The notes below the pieces were generated by a model that made no database searches, was not told the DNA's origin, and saw nothing but the letters and a program-made list of their open reading frames with translations. Of a DNA stretch of 64,000 bases, positions 28,484 to 39,677 are shown in pieces (position 1 is the stretch's first letter; each line of letters starts with the position of its first letter). Source of the stretch: Myxococcota bacterium. Lineage in GTDB: Bacteria > Myxococcota_A > UBA9160 > SMWR01. The position numbers were made by a program, and so were the translations under genes. The DNA is taken from positions 16,232-80,231 of the forward strand of contig JASMKC010000054.1 of assembly GCA_030749415.1 (NCBI GenBank), given 5' to 3'.

Positions 28484-30034
28484 ATGGCGAACCCGGGGCC
28501 TTCGCTTGGCGCGAAGGCCCTCGCTGGCATCGGTCTCCCCAACACCTTTTCGGTGCTCTCGGCCCTGCTGCTCGGCAGCTTCGTGATCGGTGCGGCGTGG
28601 TCGATCGAGACGACCGGCACGGCGCTGATCGGTGCCAAGGACCAGGTCGTCCACTTCTTCGACTGGCTCTTCGTGCTCTCGGCAAACGCGTGCCTGCTCC
28701 TCGTGATAGCGCTCGGCCTGTACCCGAAGGCGAACGTCAAGCTGGGCGACCCGGCCACGAAACCCGAGTTCGGTTACGTCGCGTGGTTCGCCATGCTCTT
28801 CTCGGCGGGCCTGGCTTCGGGCCTGCTCTACTGGGCCACGGCCGAGCCGATCCTCCACCACCAGGGCAATCCGATGCTCGGCGACGCCGGCATCGCGCCC
28901 GGATCCAAAGCCGCGGCGACCGTCGCGCTGCGGATTACCGTAATGCACTGGGGTCTCCACGGCTGGGCCTTCTACGTCGTCGCCGCCCTCGGCATCGGCG
29001 TCTACAGCTACCGCTACGGCCGCCCTCTCACGTTCCGCTCGGCACTCATCCCCGTGGTGGGTCCGCGCTGGATCGACCGCTGGCCGGGACGCGCCATCGA
29101 CCTCATGGCGCTGCTCGGCACGGTCTGCGGGGTCGCCACCTCGATCGGGCTCTCGGCGGCGGGCATGAACGCGACGCTCCAGTCGCTCTTCGGCATCGAA
29201 ATCAACCTGAGCTACCAGACCGCGATCGTATTCGGGGTCTGTGCGCTCGGCGTCGCGTCGGCCGTGTCGGGCATCTCCCGCGGCATCCGCCGTCTGAGCG
29301 AGCTCAACGTGTGGCTCAGCGGTGTGCTCCTGCTCGCCTTCCTCGCGCTCGGGCCGGCGGCGGAACTCGTGCAACTCGTCTTTACCACCCTCGTCGATTA
29401 CACCGTTTCGTTCCTGCCGACGGGCCTGTGGCTCTCCGAAACTCCGGAGGAACAGGCGTGGCAAGCCGACTGGACCGTCTTCTACTGGGGCTGGTGGCTC
29501 GCGTGGACGCCCTTCGTGAGCCTGTTCATCGCGCGCATCTCGAAGGGACGCACCGTCCGCGAGTTCACCCTCGCCGTGATGCTCGTGCCGACACTCGTCA
29601 TCGTGTTGTGGATGGCGATCGTCGGCGGAACCGCGCTCGCGCAGGAGATCGCAAACCCCGGCGCAGTGAGCACGGCGGTAAACCGGGACTACGCCCTCGG
29701 AATCACCACCGTGATCGAAAACCTGGCGCCGCCTCCCGTGTCGACCGCGCTCGTCGCGCTGGCGGCCTTCCTGCTCTTCACCTGGCTCATCACCTCCCTC
29801 GACTCGGCGACGCTCGTGATCTGCCACCTGCTCGATGTCGCGGAATCTCCGGCCGCAAAGACCTTCTGGGGCGCTGCGCTGGCGGCCGTCACGGTCGCGC
29901 TGATCTGGGTCGGGGGCGTTCCGGCACTGCAGGCTGCATCGATCCTGATCGGTCTCCCGCTGGCGTTGATCGTCATCGCATTGGGTGCAGGCCTGCTGAA
30001 GGACGCCGCCATGGGCCGGCTCGAAGGCCGCTGA
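28484..30034 (+). CDS. BCCT-family (betaine/carnitine/choline) transporter
   Basis: ORF of 516 aa. WFAMLFSAGLASGLLYWATAEP and the Trp-rich segment WTVFYWGWWLAWTPFVSLFIARISKGRTVREF are hallmarks of BCCT carriers. Confidence 0.9.
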   Translation: MANPGPSLGAKALAGIGLPNTFSVLSALLLGSFVIGAAWSIETTGTALIGAKDQVVHFFDWLFVLSANACLLLVIALGLYPKANVKLGDPATKPEFGYVAWFAMLFSAGLASGLLYWATAEPILHHQGNPMLGDAGIAPGSKAAATVALRITVMHWGLHGWAFYVVAALGIGVYSYRYGRPLTFRSALIPVVGPRWIDRWPGRAIDLMALLGTVCGVATSIGLSAAGMNATLQSLFGIEINLSYQTAIVFGVCALGVASAVSGISRGIRRLSELNVWLSGVLLLAFLALGPAAELVQLVFTTLVDYTVSFLPTGLWLSETPEEQAWQADWTVFYWGWWLAWTPFVSLFIARISKGRTVREFTLAVMLVPTLVIVLWMAIVGGTALAQEIANPGAVSTAVNRDYALGITTVIENLAPPPVSTALVALAAFLLFTWLITSLDSATLVICHLLDVAESPAAKTFWGAALAAVTVALIWVGGVPALQAASILIGLPLALIVIALGAGLLKDAAMGRLEGR

Positions 30035-30082
30035 AAACACCCGGGCCGCGCCGGCTGCCCGGGTGCGCGATACTGCGCGAGG

Positions 30083-31924
30083 ATGCGCGACGGGGGATCT
30101 CGCCTCACGGCAGTCGGCAGCGGCGCGCTCGTATTCGCGGCCTGTCTCGCCGTCGTCTACGCCACCCCGCGCGACGCCTACTGGATCGCCGACTGCGGCA
30201 ACAAGGCAATCCTCTCGGAACGGCTGCTCGAAACGGGCTTCAGCACGCTCACGCTGGAGCATCCCGCCGCCGCCTGGGACCCGGCCGGCGAGGCGTTTCC
30301 GATTCCACCGCCGTTCGCACTCCCCGGCGACGCGGGCTTCGTCTCCCAGTACCCGCCGCTCTATTCCGCGCTCGCGGCCCCGTTTCTGGCGCTGTTCGGC
30401 CCGGCCGGGCTCCGTGTTCCCGCCGCCCTGGGCGTCGCGGCGTGCGTCGCACTCTTCGTGCTGTGGACGGCGCCGGTCTTCGGCCCGCGCTGGGCCGCGC
30501 TGGGTGGGCTCGCGCTCGGGCTCGCCTCTCCGCTCTTCTTCTACGGCACGGTCGTGTGGGAACACAGCCTGACCGTCGCCCTGGCGCTCGCCGCCGTGGT
30601 GCTGCTGGGGCGGCCGTCTGCTGCCCGGGCCGCCGCGGCTGGGAGCCTCGCGGCGCTGGCCTGCGCCTTTCGCGCCGAGCTGGTGCTCATGGGCATCGCA
30701 CTCGCCGTCGCACTCACCGCCCACTTCCGGCGCGCGGCTCCGGCAGTGTGGTTCGGAGCGGGCGCGCTCCCCGTCCTGGGGGCCTGGCTCGGGTTCAACA
30801 CCCTCGCCTACGGCGACCCGCTCGGGGTGCACGTGGCGGAAAACGTCGGCGTCACCGGCGCCACCGCGGCCGCCGCACCGCTCGAACTCGCGCGCCGCGC
30901 GACCGCTCTGCTCACGGCGTACGGCGCGGACCCGGCGGAAGGAGCCTGGCTGGCGCTCGCCCTGCTCGGCAGCGTGGGCACCGGCATCTGGGCAGCGCGC
31001 CGCGGAGGCCGCGTCGAGGGCTGGGTAGCCGCCGCGGCGACGGCCGTGGGAGCGGCGGTATGCCTGCTCGCCACCGCACAGATCTCCACGGCGCGCGTGC
31101 CGCTCATCGCATTGACGCGGTACAACGGGCTGCTGGCACACCTGCCCTGGCTCGCGCTCGCGGGGCTCGGCGCGGCGCATCTATTCCGGGAAGCGAAACA
31201 CGCGACACTTCGCGTCGGGGTCGGGGCGGGCCTGCTCTTCCTGGCCGCCGCGCTTCCCTTGCGCGTGGCGCTGACCTCCTTCGAGACCGGCGGCTTCTGG
31301 GGTCCGCGCATGCTGTTGCCCGCGCTTCCCGCGCTCGTCGCAACGGCCGTGGCCGCACTGCGCGCCCTGGCACCGCGGGTCGCACTGCCCGCCACCGCCG
31401 TGCTGTTCGCGGCCGGGCTCGTGGCAAGCGCCGGTGCAGTCGAAATCCTGGCGCGCCAGAAACTCGAAGTCGCGACGCTCCAGGACTTCCTGCGCCGCCA
31501 ACCGCAGGAAATCGTGGTGACGAACCACCCGGCCCTCGGCCAACAGCTCGCCGGCGCGTGGGGCGAAAAGGCGCTGCTGCACGTGGACGACGACGAAGCG
31601 CTCGCGCGCCTGGCGGGTGGGCTCGGACAGCGGGGCGCCGGCGAATTCTTGGTGCTCGATCGCGCGCGCAGCGGCCGGAAGCTCGCCCAGCTGCCGGCGT
31701 TCGACTGCCGGCCGGCGGGCGCGCACCGCGGCCGCCACATGCCGTTGGTCTACGACCTGGAATTCTGGACATGCCGCACCGACCGCGGGGAGGCCCCTCT
31801 TCCACCAAGGAGTCCCTCCCATTCCCAGGCCGGGCCCGGGCCCGACACCGGCAAGCCCCACCCTCGGCCGGTTATGATGGATGCGCGCAATCCTTCCACG
31901 CCACCCCGAGGCCACCGACGATGA
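30083..31924 (+). CDS. GT-C-like polytopic membrane protein (ArnT/PMT_2-like glycosyltransferase candidate)
   Basis: ORF of 613 aa with more than 10 hydrophobic helices. The early motif QYPPLYSALAAPFLALFG resembles the PMT_2/ArnT family. Its stop overlaps the next gene's start as ATGA (31921..31924). Confidence 0.6.
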   Translation: MRDGGSRLTAVGSGALVFAACLAVVYATPRDAYWIADCGNKAILSERLLETGFSTLTLEHPAAAWDPAGEAFPIPPPFALPGDAGFVSQYPPLYSALAAPFLALFGPAGLRVPAALGVAACVALFVLWTAPVFGPRWAALGGLALGLASPLFFYGTVVWEHSLTVALALAAVVLLGRPSAARAAAAGSLAALACAFRAELVLMGIALAVALTAHFRRAAPAVWFGAGALPVLGAWLGFNTLAYGDPLGVHVAENVGVTGATAAAAPLELARRATALLTAYGADPAEGAWLALALLGSVGTGIWAARRGGRVEGWVAAAATAVGAAVCLLATAQISTARVPLIALTRYNGLLAHLPWLALAGLGAAHLFREAKHATLRVGVGAGLLFLAAALPLRVALTSFETGGFWGPRMLLPALPALVATAVAALRALAPRVALPATAVLFAAGLVASAGAVEILARQKLEVATLQDFLRRQPQEIVVTNHPALGQQLAGAWGEKALLHVDDDEALARLAGGLGQRGAGEFLVLDRARSGRKLAQLPAFDCRPAGAHRGRHMPLVYDLEFWTCRTDRGEAPLPPRSPSHSQAGPGPDTGKPHPRPVMMDARNPSTPPRGHRR

Positions 31925-32691
31925 AACCCCGCCTCGACACGCCGGCCACCGGAATCATCGTGACCGGCGGCGCCTCCGGCCTCGGACACGCCAGCGCCGA
32001 GGCGCTGGCCGCCGTGGGGCGCGCCGTTTCCCTGTGGGACCTCGATGCCGAAAAGGCGTCGGGCGCCGCGAAGGCGCTCCACGAGCGCTACGGCGTCGTC
32101 GCGGAGGGCATCGCCGTCGACGTGCGCGACCCGGCGGCATTGCGCGCCGGCGCCGAGCGCGCGCGCGCACACCTGCCCAGCATCGGCGGGCTGGTCCATG
32201 CCGCCGGCATCGTCGACACCGATTCCATCGACGGGCTCACCCCGGAGAGCTGGGACGACGGAATCAACATCCACCTCCGGCCGCTGGCACTGCTCGCCAA
32301 GGAGCTGCTGCCCGACCTGGCTGCGAACCCGGGCTCGGCAATCGTCGCCTTCGCATCGATCAACGCGACGCTCGGAAACGCCGCGAACCCGATCTACACG
32401 GCGGCCAAGGGCGGCGTGCTCTCGCTGGTGCGCTCGCTCGCCGACCGACTCGCCGCCGACGGCATCCGGATCAACTCGATCTCGCCCGGACAGATCCGCA
32501 CCCCGATGACGCAGCCGGCGATCGACATCCTGCCGGAGGGCTTTTTCGAGAAGCGGATCCTCCTGGGGCGGATCGGGGAGCCGGAGGAAATCGGCCGTGT
32601 CGTGCGCTTCCTGCTCTCGGACGAGGCGAGCTACATCACCGCCTCCGAATTCGTCGTCGACGGCGGCAACCTCTCCTCCCAGCGCGGCTAA
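31921..32691 (+). CDS. Short-chain dehydrogenase/reductase (SDR)
   Basis: This is the last 771 nt of the artefactual 1465-aa ORF 28294..32691. ATG 31921 opens GIIVTGGASGLGHA, with YTAAKGGV (Y-x3-K) and IRINSISPG further on. Confidence 0.85.
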   Translation: MKPRLDTPATGIIVTGGASGLGHASAEALAAVGRAVSLWDLDAEKASGAAKALHERYGVVAEGIAVDVRDPAALRAGAERARAHLPSIGGLVHAAGIVDTDSIDGLTPESWDDGINIHLRPLALLAKELLPDLAANPGSAIVAFASINATLGNAANPIYTAAKGGVLSLVRSLADRLAADGIRINSISPGQIRTPMTQPAIDILPEGFFEKRILLGRIGEPEEIGRVVRFLLSDEASYITASEFVVDGGNLSSQRG

Positions 32692-32730
32692 ACCGGCGGA
32701 CCGACGGTTTCCAGCGCGGCAGTAGCCGGC

Positions 32731-32810
32731 CGTTCGCCACCCGGATCAGACTTTCTTCACCCGGACCGGACGTTCGCCATCCGGCTCAGACGTTTTTCAC
32801 CCGCACGTGA
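32731..32810. repeat. Imperfect 40-bp tandem duplication spanning the stop codon of the orphan gene
   Basis: cgttcgccacccggatcagactttcttcacccggaccgga (32731..32770) versus cgttcgccatccggctcagacgtttttcacccgcacgtga (32771..32810) gives 33 of 40 identical positions by my count. Confidence 0.8.
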
Positions 32811-34135
32811 AAGATCGCCTTGCCGCCGCCCGCGATCTGCACCGGAATCGCGGCCTCGCTCCATGCTTCCGGGTTCCGGATCACAACGAAGCCAGCGTCC
32901 TTCCACTCGGCGACGAGACTCGCTCCCGCCACGAGCATGCCATTGCAGCTGGCGGCGAAGCGTTTTTCGGGTGAGAACTTCGCGACCACGGCGCGCGCAG
33001 TTTCGACGGCCCTGACCGCGGTATCGACCTGCTCCGCGTATTCGCCCGCAACGGCCCGCGCAAGCCGGCCGGCCTCGTCGAGCAGTTGGCGGATCTCGTC
33101 GGCCGGCTTGCGCGCAATCGCCGCGACGGAGAGATCGAAGCCGATCCCTCGACCCCAGGGCCCGCGGTAGAGCACAGCGCCCCAGATGCCCAGGGTGCGA
33201 TCGATGGGTTCACCCCGGTTCTCGAGCTCCTGCTTGAGCGAGAACGCGACCGAAGTGGGCCGGCTTCCCTTCTTCTGGGGACCTCCGGTAAAAACCGTGT
33301 CGATCATGAGGACGTCGTCATCCCCCGTATCCGGCAGCTCGAGCGCCACCCGGTCGAGAAGAATCGCAACCTCCCGGTTCGCATCGGCAGTACCCGGCAC
33401 GAAGCGGTGCGCGCTAAAGCCAATGCCCACCTCTTCTGCACCGTCGCTCCGGCGGCTCGCCCGGTAGCTGCCCACACGCAGCGGAAGCCGTTTCCCTCCC
33501 GGCTGGCCGAGATCGCCGATGGAACCGCGGAGCCGCAACTCGACGTCGTCATCGATCGCCGCCCGCGCGAATTCTGCGATCGCCGAGCCCAGGCCGAAAC
33601 CCGCGGCAGCCACCGCCCCATAGCCGGGGACGAAGGCCATGGCCGAAAGTGCGCGGAGCGCTTCGCCAATTGCGGCGAGCACCTTGCGGTCGCCGCCGTC
33701 CGATTCGACGAGCTCGATATTCACATCGACAAGCCCCTCGGGCCGGCCGACGTAGAGGAGCTGGCGCTGGATCGAAACCGGCTTCCCCGGCTCGAACTTC
33801 CACGCCACGGTCGAAACCTGCCCGTTGAAGGAGAGCACGAGCGCACCCTCCCGACCCTTTTCCCAGTCCTTCGAGAGGAGCTTTAAAATCGAGACGTCGG
33901 TGAGCGTGACGGCAATGGGATCGCCGGCCAGGGAAGCGCCGCGCGCCGGTGCCGCAAACCGGACGTGCCCACCGGACCCGATCTCGCCGGCGTAAGCCGT
34001 AGGGCGCGGGCGCTTGGGATGCGGCTTGCGCGGGCGCTTGGGATGCGGCTTGCGCGGGGACTTCTTGCGCGGTTTTCGCCCGCTCTTTCGCTTCGCCCGG
34101 GTCCGCAGTTTCTTCTTCGTGGACCTGGCTGCCAT
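32786..34135 (-). CDS. Orphan protein with an extremely basic N-terminal tail
   Basis: ORF 32786..34192, with ATG 34135 as the likely start. It begins MAARSTKKKLRTRAKRKSGRKPRKKSPRKPHPKRPRKPHPKRPRP, followed by about 400 aa in which I recognise no domain. Codon third positions look strongly G/C-biased, as in neighbouring genes. Confidence 0.65.
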   Translation of the reverse strand: MAARSTKKKLRTRAKRKSGRKPRKKSPRKPHPKRPRKPHPKRPRPTAYAGEIGSGGHVRFAAPARGASLAGDPIAVTLTDVSILKLLSKDWEKGREGALVLSFNGQVSTVAWKFEPGKPVSIQRQLLYVGRPEGLVDVNIELVESDGGDRKVLAAIGEALRALSAMAFVPGYGAVAAAGFGLGSAIAEFARAAIDDDVELRLRGSIGDLGQPGGKRLPLRVGSYRASRRSDGAEEVGIGFSAHRFVPGTADANREVAILLDRVALELPDTGDDDVLMIDTVFTGGPQKKGSRPTSVAFSLKQELENRGEPIDRTLGIWGAVLYRGPWGRGIGFDLSVAAIARKPADEIRQLLDEAGRLARAVAGEYAEQVDTAVRAVETARAVVAKFSPEKRFAASCNGMLVAGASLVAEWKDAGFVVIRNPEAWSEAAIPVQIAGGGKAIFHVRVKNV

Positions 34136-34191
34136 GGATCCGTTCTCCGCCCGAGACCAAAGGCCGGCCGCTGCCCGGCTCTGGCCGGGCA

Positions 34192-36822
<2,631 letters not shown>

Positions 36823-36864
36823 CCCCCGGCGGGGCGGCCCCGTGCGCGCACGTGACCGGGGAGC

Positions 36865-39201
36865 TCAATCCCCTTTCGGCGCGAAAGCAAAGATCAGGGC
36901 GGGCAACACGAACAAAGTCGCCGCCAGCGCCCCCAGGATCGATAGCGCCACGAAGAAGCCAAAGCTCGCGACCGTCTGCCAGGCCGACATCATCAGGGTG
37001 AGGAATCCCAGCGAAAGCGCGAACGAGGTAATGACCACCGCACGCCCGCTGTGCTGCAGCGCCCCGCGCATGGCTTCGTGCGAGTTCTGCCCCGCTTCCC
37101 GCCGCAGCTGGTACTGGCGCAGCACGTGAACGGCGTCGTCGACGCCAATGCCGATCACCACCGCCGCGATCATGGCCCGCGCCACATCGAGGCTCATGCC
37201 GACCCAGCCCATGGTGCCGAGCACCACCACCACCGGCAAAAGAGTAGGCACCATCGCCGCGAGCCCCAGCTTCCAGGAGCGCAGGAAGACCGAGACGAGG
37301 ACGAAGACGAGAGCAAAGGCGATGGGAAAGCTGCGGAGTTGGGTGGCCTGAACGTCGCGGACCCAGTCGTGCTGAAGAGCGACCGCACCGGTTAACTGAA
37401 CCTGCCAGCTTTCCGGCAAGTTGTCGCGAACCAGACGATTCACTGCAGCAAGGGTAACTTCCTGCTCATCACGGGAATCCATCTTCGTTCCGAGAGAAAT
37501 TCGCAACCGCGAGCGATCCAGGCTGAGCCACCGGCCCAAGGTGTCCGCGTCGTCAAAGGAGATCAGCTCGAGAAACTCAGCGTTCGAGGCCGAGGAATCT
37601 CCGAGGCGATCAAACTCCGGCGCGCCCCCGTGCAGGACGCGATTGAGTCGGCCGACGAAATTCAGCAAACTTTCGGACTCACTCAGTGCGTTGATGCGAG
37701 AAAGGCTCGCCGCAAACTCGGCAAGTACAGAAAGCGTCGCCGGGTCCTCGATCTCCGTTCCCGGAGGCAACCGAATGTCTACCTCCAGTGTCTGGGAGCC
37801 TCCAAGCGCATCTTCGACAAAGGTGACCGCCTGCACGACCTTGCTCGACTCACCAAATGCCTCCAAAAAGTCATTGTCTGCCCGCAGGTGCACGGCCCAG
37901 CCATAGCCGAAGAACACCAACAGCAGCAGGCTGGCCGCGAGAAGCGATGCGGCACGCTGTGAACTGGTGGCCACAACCGCATCAAGCACCGGCGGCCAGA
38001 CTGCACTCATCCGTTCGGACCTGGGCGTCTGGGCCCGCAAGCGAACGATCGCAATCGGGAGCAGTGAGAAACTGAGAACCAGGCAGGCAAGGACACCGAC
38101 GGGCAACATCACGCCGAAACGCACGAACGTGTCGAGGTCGCTGGCGGTAAACGACGCAAACGCAACGGCTGTCGTGAGCGTCGTGATGACGCACGCTGGA
38201 CCCGCGTCGCGTGCCGCGGCCAGGATCGCGTCTCTGGGCGGTGCTGCAGGGTCCGCGCTTCGCTCTGCGGCGTAGCGGCTCAGCAGGTGCACGGCATCAC
38301 ACACCCCGACAATGACCACGACCGGGGCAAGCACCTGAAGCACCGCGTCCTGGGGCCAGCCGAGCCAACCCAGCACACCCAGCGTCCACAGGAAGGCGAG
38401 GCCCATCGTCGCTAGGCTCGCCACGCTCTGCTGCCACGAGCGCGTCATCAGGTAGAGCAATAGCCCGATCACGACAACCAGCACTGGGATCAGCGCATCC
38501 GTACTCTCTGCGAGAGCGCGGCCGGCGAGAACGTTCGAGGTGCCATCCCCTACAATGTGAAAAGAGAAGTCCCTCGCGCGAAACGGCTCGAGAACGCCGT
38601 CGATAGCATCCGTGAGCAACAAGTCGGTCTCTGGCTCACTGTCGGCGGGCTGCACCACGATCACACCCACCCGCGCGTCCTCGGAGATGAGATCCCCCAC
38701 CCACAGCGGATCGTCGAGCACGCGCTGTGCCAGCTCGTCGGCGTCTTCCGCCACCACACCGTTTTCCACGAAGCGCCGAACTCGGATGCCTTCACTGCTC
38801 GGCACCAGCACCGTCGCATTCGCGGGACCGATCACACTCACAACCGGCGCCGCCGCCGAAAGCTCCCGCGTCAGCGCATCGGCCATCTCGAGCGAAGCCG
38901 CATCGAAGACGTTCTCGCACGGCTCCCCCGGGCCGCACTCCCAGGCAATACGCACGGGGTAGCCCCCGGAAAACTCCGAGATCAGCGAATCGAGCGCCTG
39001 GATGGCCGGGTGGTCATCGCCAATCAATACCCGGAACCCGTAGGCGGGCTTCACCCGCGGCAGCCCCACCGCGAACACGCCCGTCACCGCCAGCAACACC
39101 CCCAGCGTGAGCCACGGCCGCCGCAGCGAAAACTCGGTCAGGCGATACACGGCGTCCCCCGCGAACCGCCGCGCAGTAACCGCGCGCCTGCAAAACTGCA
39201 T
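36865..39201 (-). CDS. MMPL/RND-superfamily exporter
   Basis: ORF of 778 aa with two 6-TM bundles separated by soluble domains. It begins FSLRRPWLTLGVLLAVTGVFAVGLPRV. It is colinear with MMPL/HpnN-like transporters. Confidence 0.85.
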   Translation of the reverse strand: MQFCRRAVTARRFAGDAVYRLTEFSLRRPWLTLGVLLAVTGVFAVGLPRVKPAYGFRVLIGDDHPAIQALDSLISEFSGGYPVRIAWECGPGEPCENVFDAASLEMADALTRELSAAAPVVSVIGPANATVLVPSSEGIRVRRFVENGVVAEDADELAQRVLDDPLWVGDLISEDARVGVIVVQPADSEPETDLLLTDAIDGVLEPFRARDFSFHIVGDGTSNVLAGRALAESTDALIPVLVVVIGLLLYLMTRSWQQSVASLATMGLAFLWTLGVLGWLGWPQDAVLQVLAPVVVIVGVCDAVHLLSRYAAERSADPAAPPRDAILAAARDAGPACVITTLTTAVAFASFTASDLDTFVRFGVMLPVGVLACLVLSFSLLPIAIVRLRAQTPRSERMSAVWPPVLDAVVATSSQRAASLLAASLLLLVFFGYGWAVHLRADNDFLEAFGESSKVVQAVTFVEDALGGSQTLEVDIRLPPGTEIEDPATLSVLAEFAASLSRINALSESESLLNFVGRLNRVLHGGAPEFDRLGDSSASNAEFLELISFDDADTLGRWLSLDRSRLRISLGTKMDSRDEQEVTLAAVNRLVRDNLPESWQVQLTGAVALQHDWVRDVQATQLRSFPIAFALVFVLVSVFLRSWKLGLAAMVPTLLPVVVVLGTMGWVGMSLDVARAMIAAVVIGIGVDDAVHVLRQYQLRREAGQNSHEAMRGALQHSGRAVVITSFALSLGFLTLMMSAWQTVASFGFFVALSILGALAATLFVLPALIFAFAPKGD

Positions 39202-39677
39202 CGTCCGGGCGAAATCGTTGCTTGCATCGTGGCGGAAAGCCTAAGCCCGAGGAGGGCAAAGCGCGTCGCCCGGCCAGTGCGCAACGGCCAATTAACACAT
39301 TTTATTGACGCAAAGCGTCCGGGGGCGTCCGAAAGTGTCCGGAAGCGGGATTCGGCGTCTGGACGCCTGTATTGCCACGCCAGACGATAAAGGGCGCCTG
39401 GAAGGGCAGCCGCAGCCAGCTCGCCAGGAGCTTCCCGGGCTCGGTGGGCTCGGCGGGCTCGGGCTCGGCGGACTGGCGGCGTGATCGCGAGCTGGAAATT
39501 CGGGCTGAGCAGGTGCTTGAAGCCGGCAGCCACGTTGACGGCGGCCATTACCCGGAGCAGGAAACGCTTGGTGCGCGGCACGCGCCCGGTGTGCCGGCAA
39601 GCTCCGACCGGGGAAAGACCCTCGCGCGATCGGACCTGCCGGAAACGGACCGGTAGAATCCGGGTGCGACGGAGCCG

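Noticed and set aside
28454-31180. 908-aa minus-strand ORF
   Set aside because: It is antisense to the BCCT and GT-C genes, has Arg/Gly/Glu-rich low-information composition and carries no recognisable motif.
28294-32691. 1465-aa plus-strand ORF, the longest in the track
   Set aside because: It is an Arg/Pro/Gly/Ala-rich translation running out of frame through the BCCT and GT-C genes, which have clear family signatures in other frames. Only its last 771 nt (31921..32691) encode a real protein, the SDR. Stop-poor off-frames like this are typical of high-GC DNA.
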